Source: Auanema rhodensis
Taxonomy: Eukaryota; Animalia; Nematoda
DNA length: 64,000 bases
Reading direction: 5' to 3'
Assembly: GCA_964057225.1 (NCBI GenBank)
Contig: OZ059899.1
Location: 2,976,001-3,040,000 of the forward strand
A model generated the notes under the pieces. That model had not been told where the DNA came from. It did no database searches and saw nothing but the letters and a program-made list of their open reading frames with translations. Made by a program: the position numbers and the translations under genes. Positions 1 through 12,239 of the stretch are shown here, one piece after another. How positions within the stretch are numbered: position 1 is the first letter of the stretch; each line of letters opens with the position of its first letter.

Positions 1-81
1 TCGTTGAATAACATTGTCCATCGTCTTTGCCTTGAAAAAAGGAATCTAAAAACATCTACTTTTTGCTAAATTATTCTGAAA

Positions 82-93
82 TTTTTCGAAAAA
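82..93. other. 12-bp perfect palindrome TTTTTCGAAAAA within a longer imperfect dyad; first copy shown
   Basis: Read directly. In the consensus it is flanked by TTTTGA...TCAAAA. Confidence 0.85.
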
Positions 94-120
94 ATTTTTG
101 TCAAAATGTTTTTGGAAGCA

Positions 121-148
121 ATGTTGAGTGTACATGGAAACTCAACAT
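121..148. other. 9-bp-stem dyad present in every intact monomer; first copy shown
   Basis: ATGTTGAGT - GTACATGGAA - ACTCAACAT. Confidence 0.85.
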
Positions 149-231
149 ACACTAATGCATCATTTTTCAAACGATCATAACTAATTTTTGTATTAAGCGT
201 TTCTCAATGTAGTATAGTGCATTCGATGCGG

Positions 232-282
232 ATTTTTAAGCTGCGTCGATCTGTGTTATCAGATTTGCGCTAGCTTAAAAAT
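232..282. other. 51-bp imperfect inverted repeat (potential hairpin or cruciform), present in every intact monomer; first copy shown
   Basis: ATTTTTAAGCT (232-242) pairs with AGCTTAAAAAT (272-282), and the inner ATCTG (249-253) pairs with CAGAT (260-264) around the loop TGTTAT. Extrusion is inferred and not shown. Confidence 0.85.
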
Positions 283-641
283 GCACCGAGATATCAACTG
301 ATATAAGTTCACACATATATACCCGATTTTCACCCTGAAGAATTAATTTTTTCGTTGAATAACATTGTCCATCGTTTTTGCCTTGAAAAAAGGAATCTAA
401 AAACATCTACTTTTTGCTAAATTATTTTGAAATGTTTCGAAAAAATTTTTGTCAAAATGTTTTTGGAAGCAATGTTGAGTGTACATGGAAACTCAACATA
501 CACTAATGCATCATTTTTCAAACGATCATAACTAATTTTTGTATTAAGCGTTTCTCAATGTAGTATAGTGCATTCGATGCGGATTTTTAAGCTGCGTCGA
601 TCTGTGTAATCAGATTTGCGCTAGCTTAAAAATGCACCGAG

Positions 642-672
642 ATATCAACTGATATAAGTTCACACTTATATC
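642..672. other. Two overlapping, mutually exclusive dyads in the consensus monomer
   Basis: ATATCA-AC-TGATAT (642-655) overlaps GATATAAGT-TCAC-ACTTATATC (651-672). Confidence 0.8.
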
Positions 673-3600
673 CTCGATTTTCACCCTGAAGAAATAATTT
701 TTTCGTTGAATAACATTGTCCATCGTCTTTGCCTTGAAAAATGGAATCTAAAAACATCTACTTTTTGCTAAATTATTTTGAAATTTTTCGAAAAAATTTT
801 TGTCAAAATGTTTTTGGAAGCAATGTTGAGTGTACATGGAAACTCAACATACACTAATGCATCATTTTTCAAACGATCATAACTAATTTTTGTATTAAGC
901 GTTTCTCAATGTAGTATAGTGCATTCGATGCGGATTTTTAAGCTGCGTCGATCTGTGTTATCAGATTTGCGCTAGCTTAAAAATGCACCGAGATATCAAC
1001 TGATATAAGTTCACACTTATATCCTCGATTTTCACCCTGAAGAAATAATTTTTTCGTTGAATAACATTGTCCATCGTCTTTGCCTTGAAAAAAGAAATCT
1101 AAAAACATCTACTTTTTGCTAAATTATTTTGAAATTTTTCGAAAAAATTTTTGTCAAAATGTTTTTGGAAGCAATGTTGAGTGTACATGGAAACTCAACA
1201 TACACTAATGCATCATTTTTCAAACGATCATAACTAATTTTTGTATTAAGCGTTTCTCAATGTAGTATAGTGCATTCGATGCGGATTTTTAAGCTGCGTC
1301 GATCTGTGTTATCAGATTTGCGCTAGCTTAAAAATGCACCGAGATATCAACTGATATAAGTTCACACTTATATCCTCGATTTTCACCCTGAAGAAATAAT
1401 TTTTTCGTTGAATAACATTGTCCATCGTCTTTGCCTTGAAAAAAGGAATCTAAAAACATCTACTTTTTGCTAAATTATTCTGAAATTTTTCGAAAAAATT
1501 TTTGTCAAAATGTTTTTGGAAGCAATGTTGAGTGTACATGGAAACTCAACATACACTAATGCATCATTTTTCAAACGATCATAACTAATTTTTGTATTAA
1601 GCGTTTCTCAATGTAGTATAGTGCATTCGATGCGGATTTTTAAGCTGCGTCGATCTGTGTTATCAGATTTGCGCTAGCTTAAAAATGCACCGAGATATCA
1701 ACTGATATAAGTTCACACTTATATCCTCGATTTTCACCCTGAAGAAATAATTTTTTTGTTGAATAACATTGTCCATCGTCTTTGCCTTGAAAAATGGAAT
1801 CTAAAAACATCTACTTTTTGCTAAATTATTTTGAAATTTTTCGAAAAAATTTTTGTCAAAATGTTTTTGGAAGCAATGTTGAGTGTACATGGAAACTCAA
1901 CATACACTAATGCATCATTTTTCAAACGATCATAACTAATTTTTGTATTAAGCGTTTCTCAATGTAGTATAGTGCATTCGATGCGGATTTTTAAGCTGCG
2001 TCGATCTGTGTTATCAGATTTGCGCTAGCTTAAAAATGCACCGAGATATCAACTGATATAAGTTCACACTTATATCCTCGATTTTCACCCTGAAGAAATA
2101 ATTTTTTCGTTGAATAACATTGTCCATCGTCTTTGCCTTGAAAAAAGGAATCTAAAAACATCTACTTTTTGCTAAATTATTCTGAAATTTTTCGAAAAAA
2201 TTTTTGTCAAAATGTTTTTGGAAGCAATGTTGAGTGTACATGGAAACTCAACATACACTAATGCATCATTTTTCAAACGATCATAACTAATTTTTGTATC
2301 AAGCGTTTCTCAATGTAGTATAGTGCATTTGATATGGATTTTTAAGCTGCGTCGATCTTTTTCCAAAAATTTCAAAATAATTTAGCAAAAAGTAGATGTT
2401 TTTAGATTCCATTTTACAAGGCAAAGACGATGGACAATGTTATTCAACGAAAAAAATAATTCTTCAGGGTGAAAATCGAGGATATAAGTGTGAACTTATA
2501 TCAGTTGATATCTCGGTGCATTTTTAAGCTAGCGCAAATCTGATAACACAGATCGACGCAACTTAAAAATCCGCATCGAATGCACTATACTACATTGAGA
2601 AACGCTTGATACAAAAATTAGTTATGATCGTTTGAAAAATGATGCATTAGTGTATGTTGAGTTTCCATGTACACTCAACATTGCTTCCAAAAACATTTTG
2701 ACAAAAATTTTTTCGAAAAATTTCAAGATAATTTAGCAAAAAGTAGATGTTTTTAGATTCCTTTTTTCAAGGCAAAGACGATGGACAATGTTATTCAGCG
2801 AAAATTATTTCTTCAGGGTGAAAATCGAGGATATAAGTGTGAACTTATATCAGTTGATATTTCGGTGCATTTTTAAGCTAGCGCAAATCTGATAACACAG
2901 ATCGACGCAGCTTAAAAATCCGCATCGAATGCACTATACTACATTGAGAAACGCTTAATACAAAAATTAGTAATGATCGTTTGAAAAATGATGCATTAGT
3001 GTATGTTGAGTTTCCATGTACACTCAACATTGCTTCCAAAAACATTTTGACAAAAATTTTTTCGAAAAATTTCAAAATAATTTAGCAAAAAGTAGATGTT
3101 TTTAGATTTCTTTTTTCAAGGCAAAGACGATGGACAATGTTATTCAACGAAAAAATTATTTCTTCAGGGTGAAAATCGAGGATATAAGTGTGAACTTATA
3201 TCAGTTGATATCTCGGTGCATTTTTAAGCTAGCGCAAATCTGATAACACAGATCGACGCAGCTTAAAAATCCGCATCGAATGCACTATACTACATTGAGA
3301 AACGCCTGATACAAAAATTAGTTATGATCGTTTGAAAAATGATGCATTAGTGTATGTTGAGTTTCCATGTACACTCAACATTGCTTCCAAAAACATTTTG
3401 ACAAAAATTTTTTCGAAAAATTTCAAAATAATTTAGCAAAAAGTAGATGTTTTTAGATTCCATTTTTCAAGGCGAAGACGATAGACAATGTTATTCAACG
3501 AAAAAATTAATTCTTCAGGGTGAAAATCGAGGATATAAGTGTGAACTTATATCAGTTGATATCTCGGTGCATTTTTAAGCTAACGCAAATCTGATAACAC

Positions 3601-6600
3601 AGATCGACGCAGCTTAAAAATCCGCATCGAATGCACTATACTACATTGAGAAACGCTTGATACAAAAATTAGTTATGATCGTTTGAAAAATGATGCATTA
3701 GTGTATGTTGAGTTTCCATGTACACTCAACATTGCTTCCAGAAACAATTTGACAAAAATTTTTTCGAAAAATTTCAAAATAATTTAGCAAAAAGTAGATG
3801 TTTTTAGATTCCTTTTTTTAAGGCAAAGACGATGGACAATGTTATTCAACGAAAAAATTAATTCTTCAGGGTGAAAATCGAGGATATAAGTGTGAACTTA
3901 TATCAGTTGATATCTCGGTGCATTTTTAAGCTAGCGCAAATCTGATAACACAGATCGACGCAGCTTAAAAATCCGCATCGAATGCACTATACTACATTGA
4001 GAAACGCTCAATACACAAATTAGTTATGATCGTTTGAAAAATGATGCATTAGTGTATGTTGAGTTTCCATGTACACTCAACATTGCTTCCAAAAACATTT
4101 TGACAAAAATTTTTTCGAAAAATTTCAAAATAATTTAGCAAAAAGTAGATGTTTTTAGATTCCATTTTTCAAGGCGAAGACGATAGACAATGTTATTCAA
4201 CGAAAAAATTAATTCTTCAGGGTGAAAATCGAGGATATAAGTGTGAACTTATATCAGTTGATATCTCGGTGCATTTTTAAGCTAACGCAAATCTGATAAC
4301 ACAGATCGACGCAGCTTAAAAATCCGCATCGAATGCACTATACTACATTGAGAAACGCTTGATACAAAAATTAGTTATGATCGTTTGAAAAATGATGCAT
4401 TAGTGTATGTTGAGTTTCCATGTACACTCAACATTGCTTCCAGAAACAATTTGACAAAAATTTTTTCGAAAAATTTCAAAATAATTTAGCAAAAAGTAGA
4501 TGTTTTTAGATTCCTTTTTTTAAGGCAAAGACGATGGACAATGTTATTCAACGAAAAAATTAATTCTTCAGGGTGAAAATCGAGGATATAAGTGTGAACT
4601 TATATCAGTTGATATCTCGGTGCATTTTTAAGCTAGCGCAAATCTGATAACACAGATCGACGCAGCTTAAAAATCCGCATCGAATGCACTATACTACATT
4701 GAGAAACGCTCAATACACAAATTAGTTATGATCGTTTGAAAAATGATGCATTAGTGTATGTTGAGTTTCCATGTACACTCAACATTGCTTCCAAAAACAT
4801 TTTGACAAAAATTTTTTCGAAAAATTTCAAAATAATTTAGCAAAAAGTAGAGGTTTTTAGATTTCTTTTTCCAAGGCAAAGACGATGGACAATGTTATTC
4901 AACGAAAAAAATAATTCTTCAGGGTGAAAATCGAGGATATAAGTGTGAACTTATATCAGTTGATATCTCGGTGCATTTTTAAGCTAGCGCAAATCTGATA
5001 ACACAGATCGACGCAGCTTAAAAATCCGCATCGAATGCACTATACTACATTGAGAAACGCTTAATACAAAAATTAGTAATGATCGTTTGAAAAATGATGC
5101 ATTAGTGTATGTTGAGTTTCCATGTACACTCTACATTGCTTCCAAAAACATTTTGACAAAAATTTTTTCGAAAAATTTCAAAATAATTTAGCAAAAAGTA
5201 GATGTTTTTAGATTTCTTTTTTCAAGGCAAAGACGATGGACAATGTTATTCAACGAAAAAATTATTTCTTCAGGGTGAAAATCGAGGATATAAGTGTGAA
5301 CTTATATCAGTTGATATCTCGGTGCATTTTTAAGCTAGCGCAAATCTGATAACACAGATCGACGCAGCTTAAAAATCCGCATCGAATGCACTATACTACA
5401 TTGAGAAACGCCTGATACAAAAATTAGTTATGATCGTTTGAAAAATGATGCATTAGTGTATGTTGAGTTTCCATGTACACTCAACATTGCTTCCAAAAAC
5501 ATTTTGACAAAAATTTTTTCGAAAAATTTCAAAATAATTTAGCAAAAAGTAGATGTTTTTAGATTCCATTTTTCAAGGCGAAGACGATAGACAATGTTAT
5601 TCAACGAAAAAATTAATTCTTCAGGGTGAAAATCGAGGATATAAGTGTGAACTTATATCAGTTGATATCTCGGTGCATTTTTAAGCTAACGCAAATCTGA
5701 TAACACAGATCGACGCAGCTTAAAAATCCGCATCGAATGCACTATACTACATTGAGAAACGCTTGATACAAAAATTAGTTATGATCGTTTGAAAAATGAT
5801 GCATTAGTGTATGTTGAGTTTCCATGTACACTCAACATTGCTTCCAGAAACAATTTGACAAAAATTTTTTCGAAAAATTTCAAAATAATTTAGCAAAAAG
5901 TAGATGTTTTTAGATTCCTTTTTGTAAGGCAAAGACGATGGACAATGTTATTCAACGAAAAAATTAATTCTTCAGGGTGAAAATCGAGGATATAAGTGTG
6001 AACTTATATCAGTTGATATCTCGGTGCATTTTTAAGCTAGCGCAAATCTGATAACACAGATCGACGCAGCTTAAAAATCCGCATCGAATGCACTATACTA
6101 CATTGAGAAACGCCTGATACAAAAATTAGTTATGATCGTTTGAAAAATGATGCATTAGTGTATGTTGAGTTTCCATGTACACTCAACATTGCTTCCAAAA
6201 ACATTTTGACAAAAATTTTTTCGAAAAATTTCAAAATAATTTAGCAAAAAGTAGATGTTTTTAGATTCCATTTTTCAAGGCGAAGACGATAGACAATGTT
6301 ATTCAACAAAAAAATTAATTCTTCAGGGTGAAAATCGAGGATATAAGTGTGAACTTATATCAGTTGATATCTCGGTGCATTTTTAAGCTAACGCAAATCT
6401 GATAACACAGATCGACGCAGCTTAAAAATCCGCATCGAATGCACTATACTACATTGAGAAACGCTTGATACAAAAATTAGTTATGATCGTTTGAAAAATG
6501 ATGCATTAGTGTATGTTGAGTTTCCATGTACACTCAACATTGCTTCCAAAAACAATTTGACAAAAATTTTTTCGAAAAATTTCAAAATAATTTAGCAAAA

Positions 6601-8245
6601 AGTAGATGTTTTTAGATTCCTTTTTTTAAGGCAAAGACGATGGACAATGTTATTCAACGAAAAAATTAATTCTTCAGGGTGAAAATCGAGGATATAAGTG
6701 TGAACTTATATCAGTTGATATCTCGGTGCATTTTTAAGCTAACGCAAATCTGATAACACAGATCGACGCAGCTTAAAAATCCGCATCGAATGCACTATAC
6801 TACATTGAGAAACGCTTAATACACAAATTAGGTATGATCGTTTGAAAAATGATGCATTAGTGTATGTTGAGTTTCCATGTACACTCAACATTGCTTCCAA
6901 AAACATTTTGACAAAACTTTTTTCGAAAAATTTCAAAATAATTTAGCAAAAAGTAGATGTTTTTAGATTCCATTTTTCAAGGCAAAGACGATAGACAATG
7001 TTATTCAACAAGAAAATTAATTCTTCAGGGTGAAAATCAAGGATATAAGTGTGAACTTATATCAGTTGATATCTCGGTGCATTTTTAAGCTAGCGCAAAT
7101 CTGATAACACAGATCGACGCAGCTTAAAAATCCGCATCGAATGCACTATACTACATTGAGAAACGCTTAATACACAAATTAGTTATGATCGTTTGAAAAA
7201 TGATGCATTAGTGTATGTTGAGTTTCCATGTACACTCAACATTGCTTCCAAAAACATTTTGACAAAACTTTTTTTGAAAAATTTCAGAATAATTTAGCAA
7301 AAAGTAGATGTTTTTAGATTCCATTTTTCAAGGCAAAGACGATAGACAATGTTATTCAACAAGAAAATTAATTCTTCAGGGTGAAAATCGAGGATATAAG
7401 TGTGAACTTATATCAGTTGATATCTCGGTGCATTTTTAAGCTAGCGCAAATCTGATAACACAGATCGACGCAGCTTAAAAATCCGCATCGAATGCACTAT
7501 ACTACATTGAGAAACGCTTAATACACAAATTAGTTATGATCGTTTGAAAAATGATGCATTAGTGTATGTTGAGTTTCCATGTACACTCAACATTGCTTCC
7601 AAAAACATTTTGACAAAAATTTTTTCGAAAAATTTCAGAATAATTTAGCAAAAAGTAGAGGTTTTTAGATTTCTTTTTTCAAGGCAAAGACGATGGACAA
7701 TGTTATTCAACGAAAAAAATAATTCTTCAGGGTGAAAATCGAGGATATAAGTGTGAACTTATATCAGTTGATATCTCGGTGCATTTTTAAGCTAGCGCAA
7801 ATCTGATAACACAGATCGACGCAGCTTAAAAATCCGCATCGAATGCACTATACTACATTGAGAAACGCCTGATACAAAAATTAGTTATGATCGTTTGAAA
7901 AATGATGCATTAGTGTATGTTGAGTTTCCATGTACACTCAACATTGCTTCCAAAAACATTTTGACAAAAATTTTTTCGAAAAATTTCAAAATAATTTAGC
8001 AAAAAGTAGATGTTTTTAGATTCCATTTTTCAAGGCGAAGACGATAGACAATGTTATTCAACAAAAAAATTAATTCTTCAGGGTGAAAATCGAGGATATA
8101 AGTGTGAACTTATATCAGTTGATATCTCGGTGCATTTTTAAGCTAACGCAAATCTGATAACACAGATCGACGCAGCTTAAAAATCCGCATCGAATGCACT
8201 ATACTACATTGAGAAACGCTTGATACAAAAATTAGTTATGATCGT

Positions 8246-8487
8246 TTGAAAAATGATGCATTTTCCTTTTTTTAAGGCAAAGACGATGGACAATGTTATT
8301 CAACGAAAAAATTAATTCTTCAGGGCGAAAATCGAGGATATAAGTGTGAACTTATATCAGTTGATATCTCGGTTCATTTTTAAGCTAGCGCAAATCTGAT
8401 AACACAGATCGACGCAGCTTAAAAATCCGCATCGAATGCACTATACTACATTGAGAAACGCTTAATACAAAAATTAGTTATGATCGT
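8246..8487 (-). repeat. 242-bp truncated monomer (109-bp internal deletion), copy 1
   Basis: Junction GATGCATT|TTCCTTTT at 8262/8263. TTCC was expected at 8372 (8021+351) and is seen at 8263. Confidence 0.93.
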
Positions 8488-11400
8488 TTGAAAAATGATG
8501 CATTAGTGTATGTTGAGTTTCCATGTACACTCAACATTGCTTCCAAAAACATTTTGACAAAAATTTTCTCGAAAAATTTCAAAATAATTATGCAAAAAGT
8601 AGATGTTTTTAGATTCCTTTTTTTAAGGCAAAGACGATGGACAATGTTATTCAACGAAAAAATTAATTCTTCAGGGTGAAAATCGAGGATATAAGTGTGA
8701 ACTTATATCAGTTGATATCTCGGTGCATTTTTAAGCTAACGCAAATCTGATAACACAGATCGACGCAGCTTAAAAATCCGCATCGAATGCACTATACTAC
8801 ATTGAGAAACGCTTGATACAAAAATTAGTTATGATCGTTTGAAAAATGATGCATTAGTGTATGTTGAGTTTCCATGTACACTCAACATTGCTTCCAGAAA
8901 CAATTTGACAAAAATTTTTTCGAAAAATTTCAAAATAATTTAGCAAAAAGTAGATGTTTTTAGATTCCTTTTTTCAAGGCAAAAACGATGGACAATGTTA
9001 TTCAACGAAAAAATTAATTCTTCAGGGTGAAAATCGAGGATATAAGTGTGAACTTATATCAGTTGATATCTCGGTGCATTTTTAAGCTAGCGCAAATCTG
9101 ATAACACAGATCGACGCAGCTTAAAAATCCGCATCGAATGCACTATACTACATTGAGAAACGCCTGATACAAAAATTAGTTATGATCGTTTGAAAAATGA
9201 TGCATTAGTGTATGTTGAGTTTCCATGTACACTCAACATTGCTTCCAAAAACATTTTGACAAAAATTTTTTCGAAAAATTTCAAAATAATTTAGCAAAAA
9301 GTAGATGTTTTTAGATTCCATTTTTCAAGGCGAAGACGATAGACAATGTTATTCAACAAAAAAATTAATTCTTCAGGGTGAAAATCGAGGATATAAGTGT
9401 GAACTTATATCAGTTGATATCTCGGTGCATTTTTAAGCTAACGCAAATCTGATAACACAGATCGACGCAGCTTAAAAATCCGCATCGAATGCACTATACT
9501 ACATTGAGAAACGCTTGATACAAAAATTAGTTATGATCGTTTGAAAAATGATGCATTAGTGTATGTTGAGTTTCCATGTACACTCAACATTGCTTCCAGA
9601 AACAATTTGACAAAAATTTTTTCGAAAAATTTCAAAATAATTTAGCAAAAAGTAGATGTTTTTAGATTCCTTTTTTTAAGGCAAAGACGATGGACAATGT
9701 TATTCAACGAAAAAATTAATTCTTCAGGGTGAAAATCGAGGATATAAGTGTGAACTTATATCAGTTGATATCTCGGTGCATTTTTAAGCTAGCGCAAATC
9801 TGATAACACAGATCGACGCAGCTTAAAAATCCGCATCGAATGCACTATACTACATTGAGAAACGCCTGATACAAAAATTAGTTATGATCGTTTGAAAAAT
9901 GATGCATTAGTGTATGTTGAGTTTCCATGTACACTCAACATTGCTTCCAAAAACATTTTGACAAAAATTTTTTCGAAAAATTTCAAAATAATTTAGCAAA
10001 AAGTAGATGTTTTTAGATTCCATTTTTCAAGGCGAAGACGATAGACAATGTTATTCAACAAAAAAATTAATTCTTCAGGGTGAAAATCGAGGATATAAGT
10101 GTGAACTTATATCAGTTGATATCTCGGTGCATTTTTAAGCTAACGCAAATCTGATAACACAGATCGACGCAGCTTAAAAATCCGCATCGAATGCACTATA
10201 CTACATTGAGAAACGCTTGATACAAAAATTAGTTATGATCGTTTGAAAAATGATGCATTAGTGTATGTTGAGTTTCCATGTACACTCAACATTGCTTCCA
10301 AAAACAATTTGACAAAAATTTTTTCGAAAAATTTCAAAATAATTTAGCAAAAAGTAGATGTTTTTAGATTCCTTTTTTTAAGGCAAAGACGATGGACAAT
10401 GTTATTCAACGAAAAAATTAATTCTTCAGGGTGAAAATCGAGGATATAAGTGTGAACTTATATCAGTTGATATCTCGGTGCATTTTTAAGCTAACGCAAA
10501 TCTGATAACACAGATCGACGCAGCTTAAAAATCCGCATCGAATGCACTATACTACATTGAGAAACGCTTAATACACAAATTAGGTATGATCGTTTGAAAA
10601 ATGATGCATTAGTGTATGTTGAGTTTCCATGTACACTCAACATTGCTTCCAAAAACATTTTGACAAAACTTTTTTCGAAAAATTTCAAAATAATTTAGCA
10701 AAAAGTAGATGTTTTTAGATTCCATTTTTCAAGGCAAAGACGATAGACAATGTTATTCAACAAGAAAATTAATTCTTCAGGGTGAAAATCAAGGATATAA
10801 GTGTGAACTTATATCAGTTGATATCTCGGTGCATTTTTAAGCTAGCGCAAATCTGATAACACAGATCGACGCAGCTTAAAAATCCGCATCGAATGCACTA
10901 TACTACATTGAGAAACGCTTAATACACAAATTAGTTATGATCGTTTGAAAAATGATGCATTAGTGTATGTTGAGTTTCCATGTACACTCAACATTGCTTC
11001 CAAAAACATTTTGACAAAACTTTTTTTGAAAAATTTCAGAATAATTTAGCAAAAAGTAGATGTTTTTAGATTCCATTTTTTAAGGCAAAGACGATAGACA
11101 ATGTTATTCAACAAGAAAATTAATTCTTCAGGGTGAAAATCGAGGATATAAGTGTGAACTTATATCAGTTGATATCTCGGTGCATTTTTAAGCTAGCGCA
11201 AATCTGATAACACAGATCGACGCAGCTTAAAAATCCGCATCGAATGCACTATACTACATTGAGAAACGCTTAATACACAAATTAGTTATGATCGTTTGAA
11301 AAATGATGCATTAGTGTATGTTGAGTTTCCATGTACACTCAACATTGCTTCCAAAAACATTTTGACAAAAATTTTTTCGAAAAATTTCAGAATAATTTAG

Positions 11401-11997
11401 CAAAAAGTAGAGGTTTTTAGATTTCTTTTTTCAAGGCAAAGACGATGGACAATGTTATTCAACGAAAAAAATAATTCTTCAGGGTGAAAATCGAGGATAT
11501 AAGTGTGAACTTATATCAGTTGATATCTCGGTGCATTTTTAAGCTAGCGCAAATCTGATAACACAGATCGACGCAGCTTAAAAATCCGCATCGAATGCAC
11601 TATACTACATTGAGAAACGCCTGATACAAAAATTAGTTATGATCGTTTGAAAAATGATGCATTAGTGTATGTTGAGTTTCCATGTACACTCAACATTGCT
11701 TCCAAAAACATTTTGACAAAAATTTTTTCGAAAAATTTCAAAATAATTTAGCAAAAAGTAGATGTTTTTAGATTCCATTTTTCAAGGCGAAGACGATAGA
11801 CAATGTTATTCAACAAAAAAATTAATTCTTCAGGGTGAAAATCGAGGATATAAGTGTGAACTTATATCAGTTGATATCTCGGTGCATTTTTAAGCTAACG
11901 CAAATCTGATAACACAGATCGACGCAGCTTAAAAATCCGCATCGAATGCACTATACTACATTGAGAAACGCTTGATACAAAAATTAGTTATGATCGT

Positions 11998-12239
11998 TTG
12001 AAAAATGATGCATTTTCCTTTTTTTAAGGCAAAGACGATGGACAATGTTATTCAACGAAAAAATTAATTCTTCAGGGCGAAAATCGAGGATATAAGTGTG
12101 AACTTATATCAGTTGATATCTCGGTTCATTTTTAAGCTAGCGCAAATCTGATAACACAGATCGACGCAGCTTAAAAATCCGCATCGAATGCACTATACTA
12201 CATTGAGAAACGCTTAATACAAAAATTAGTTATGATCGT
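11998..12239 (-). repeat. 242-bp truncated monomer, copy 2
   Basis: Identical junction at 12014/12015, 3752 bp after copy 1. Confidence 0.93.

Larger units (their letters stand above)
1..2358 (+). repeat. Satellite block 1, forward orientation (about 6.7 monomers)
   Basis: Forward monomers continue to ...GCTGCGTCGATCT (2358), where the expected GTGTTATCAG is replaced by reverse-strand monomer sequence. Confidence 0.97.

Noticed and set aside
1-351. Tandem 5S rRNA, tRNA, snRNA or spliced-leader gene array
   Set aside because: The unit size is compatible, but I see no 5S, tRNA cloverleaf, A/B box or spliced-leader sequence. An Rfam/Infernal search would settle it.
1-351. Assignment to Drosophila 1.688 (359-bp) or Tribolium/tenebrionid satellites
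   Set aside because: Only monomer length and AT content are similar. I cannot recognise sequence identity, so no family name is given.
1-351. Monomer as an ancient dimer of about 175 bp, or derived from a MITE or Helitron
   Set aside because: No convincing half-versus-half similarity, terminal inverted repeats or target-site duplications are visible by eye.
2878-10688. 65-aa ORFs MKFFEK(I/S)FVKMFLEAM...
   Set aside because: These are chance read-throughs in three monomers caused by single substitutions. The F/K/I-rich composition reflects the A/T tracts, and there is no gene context.
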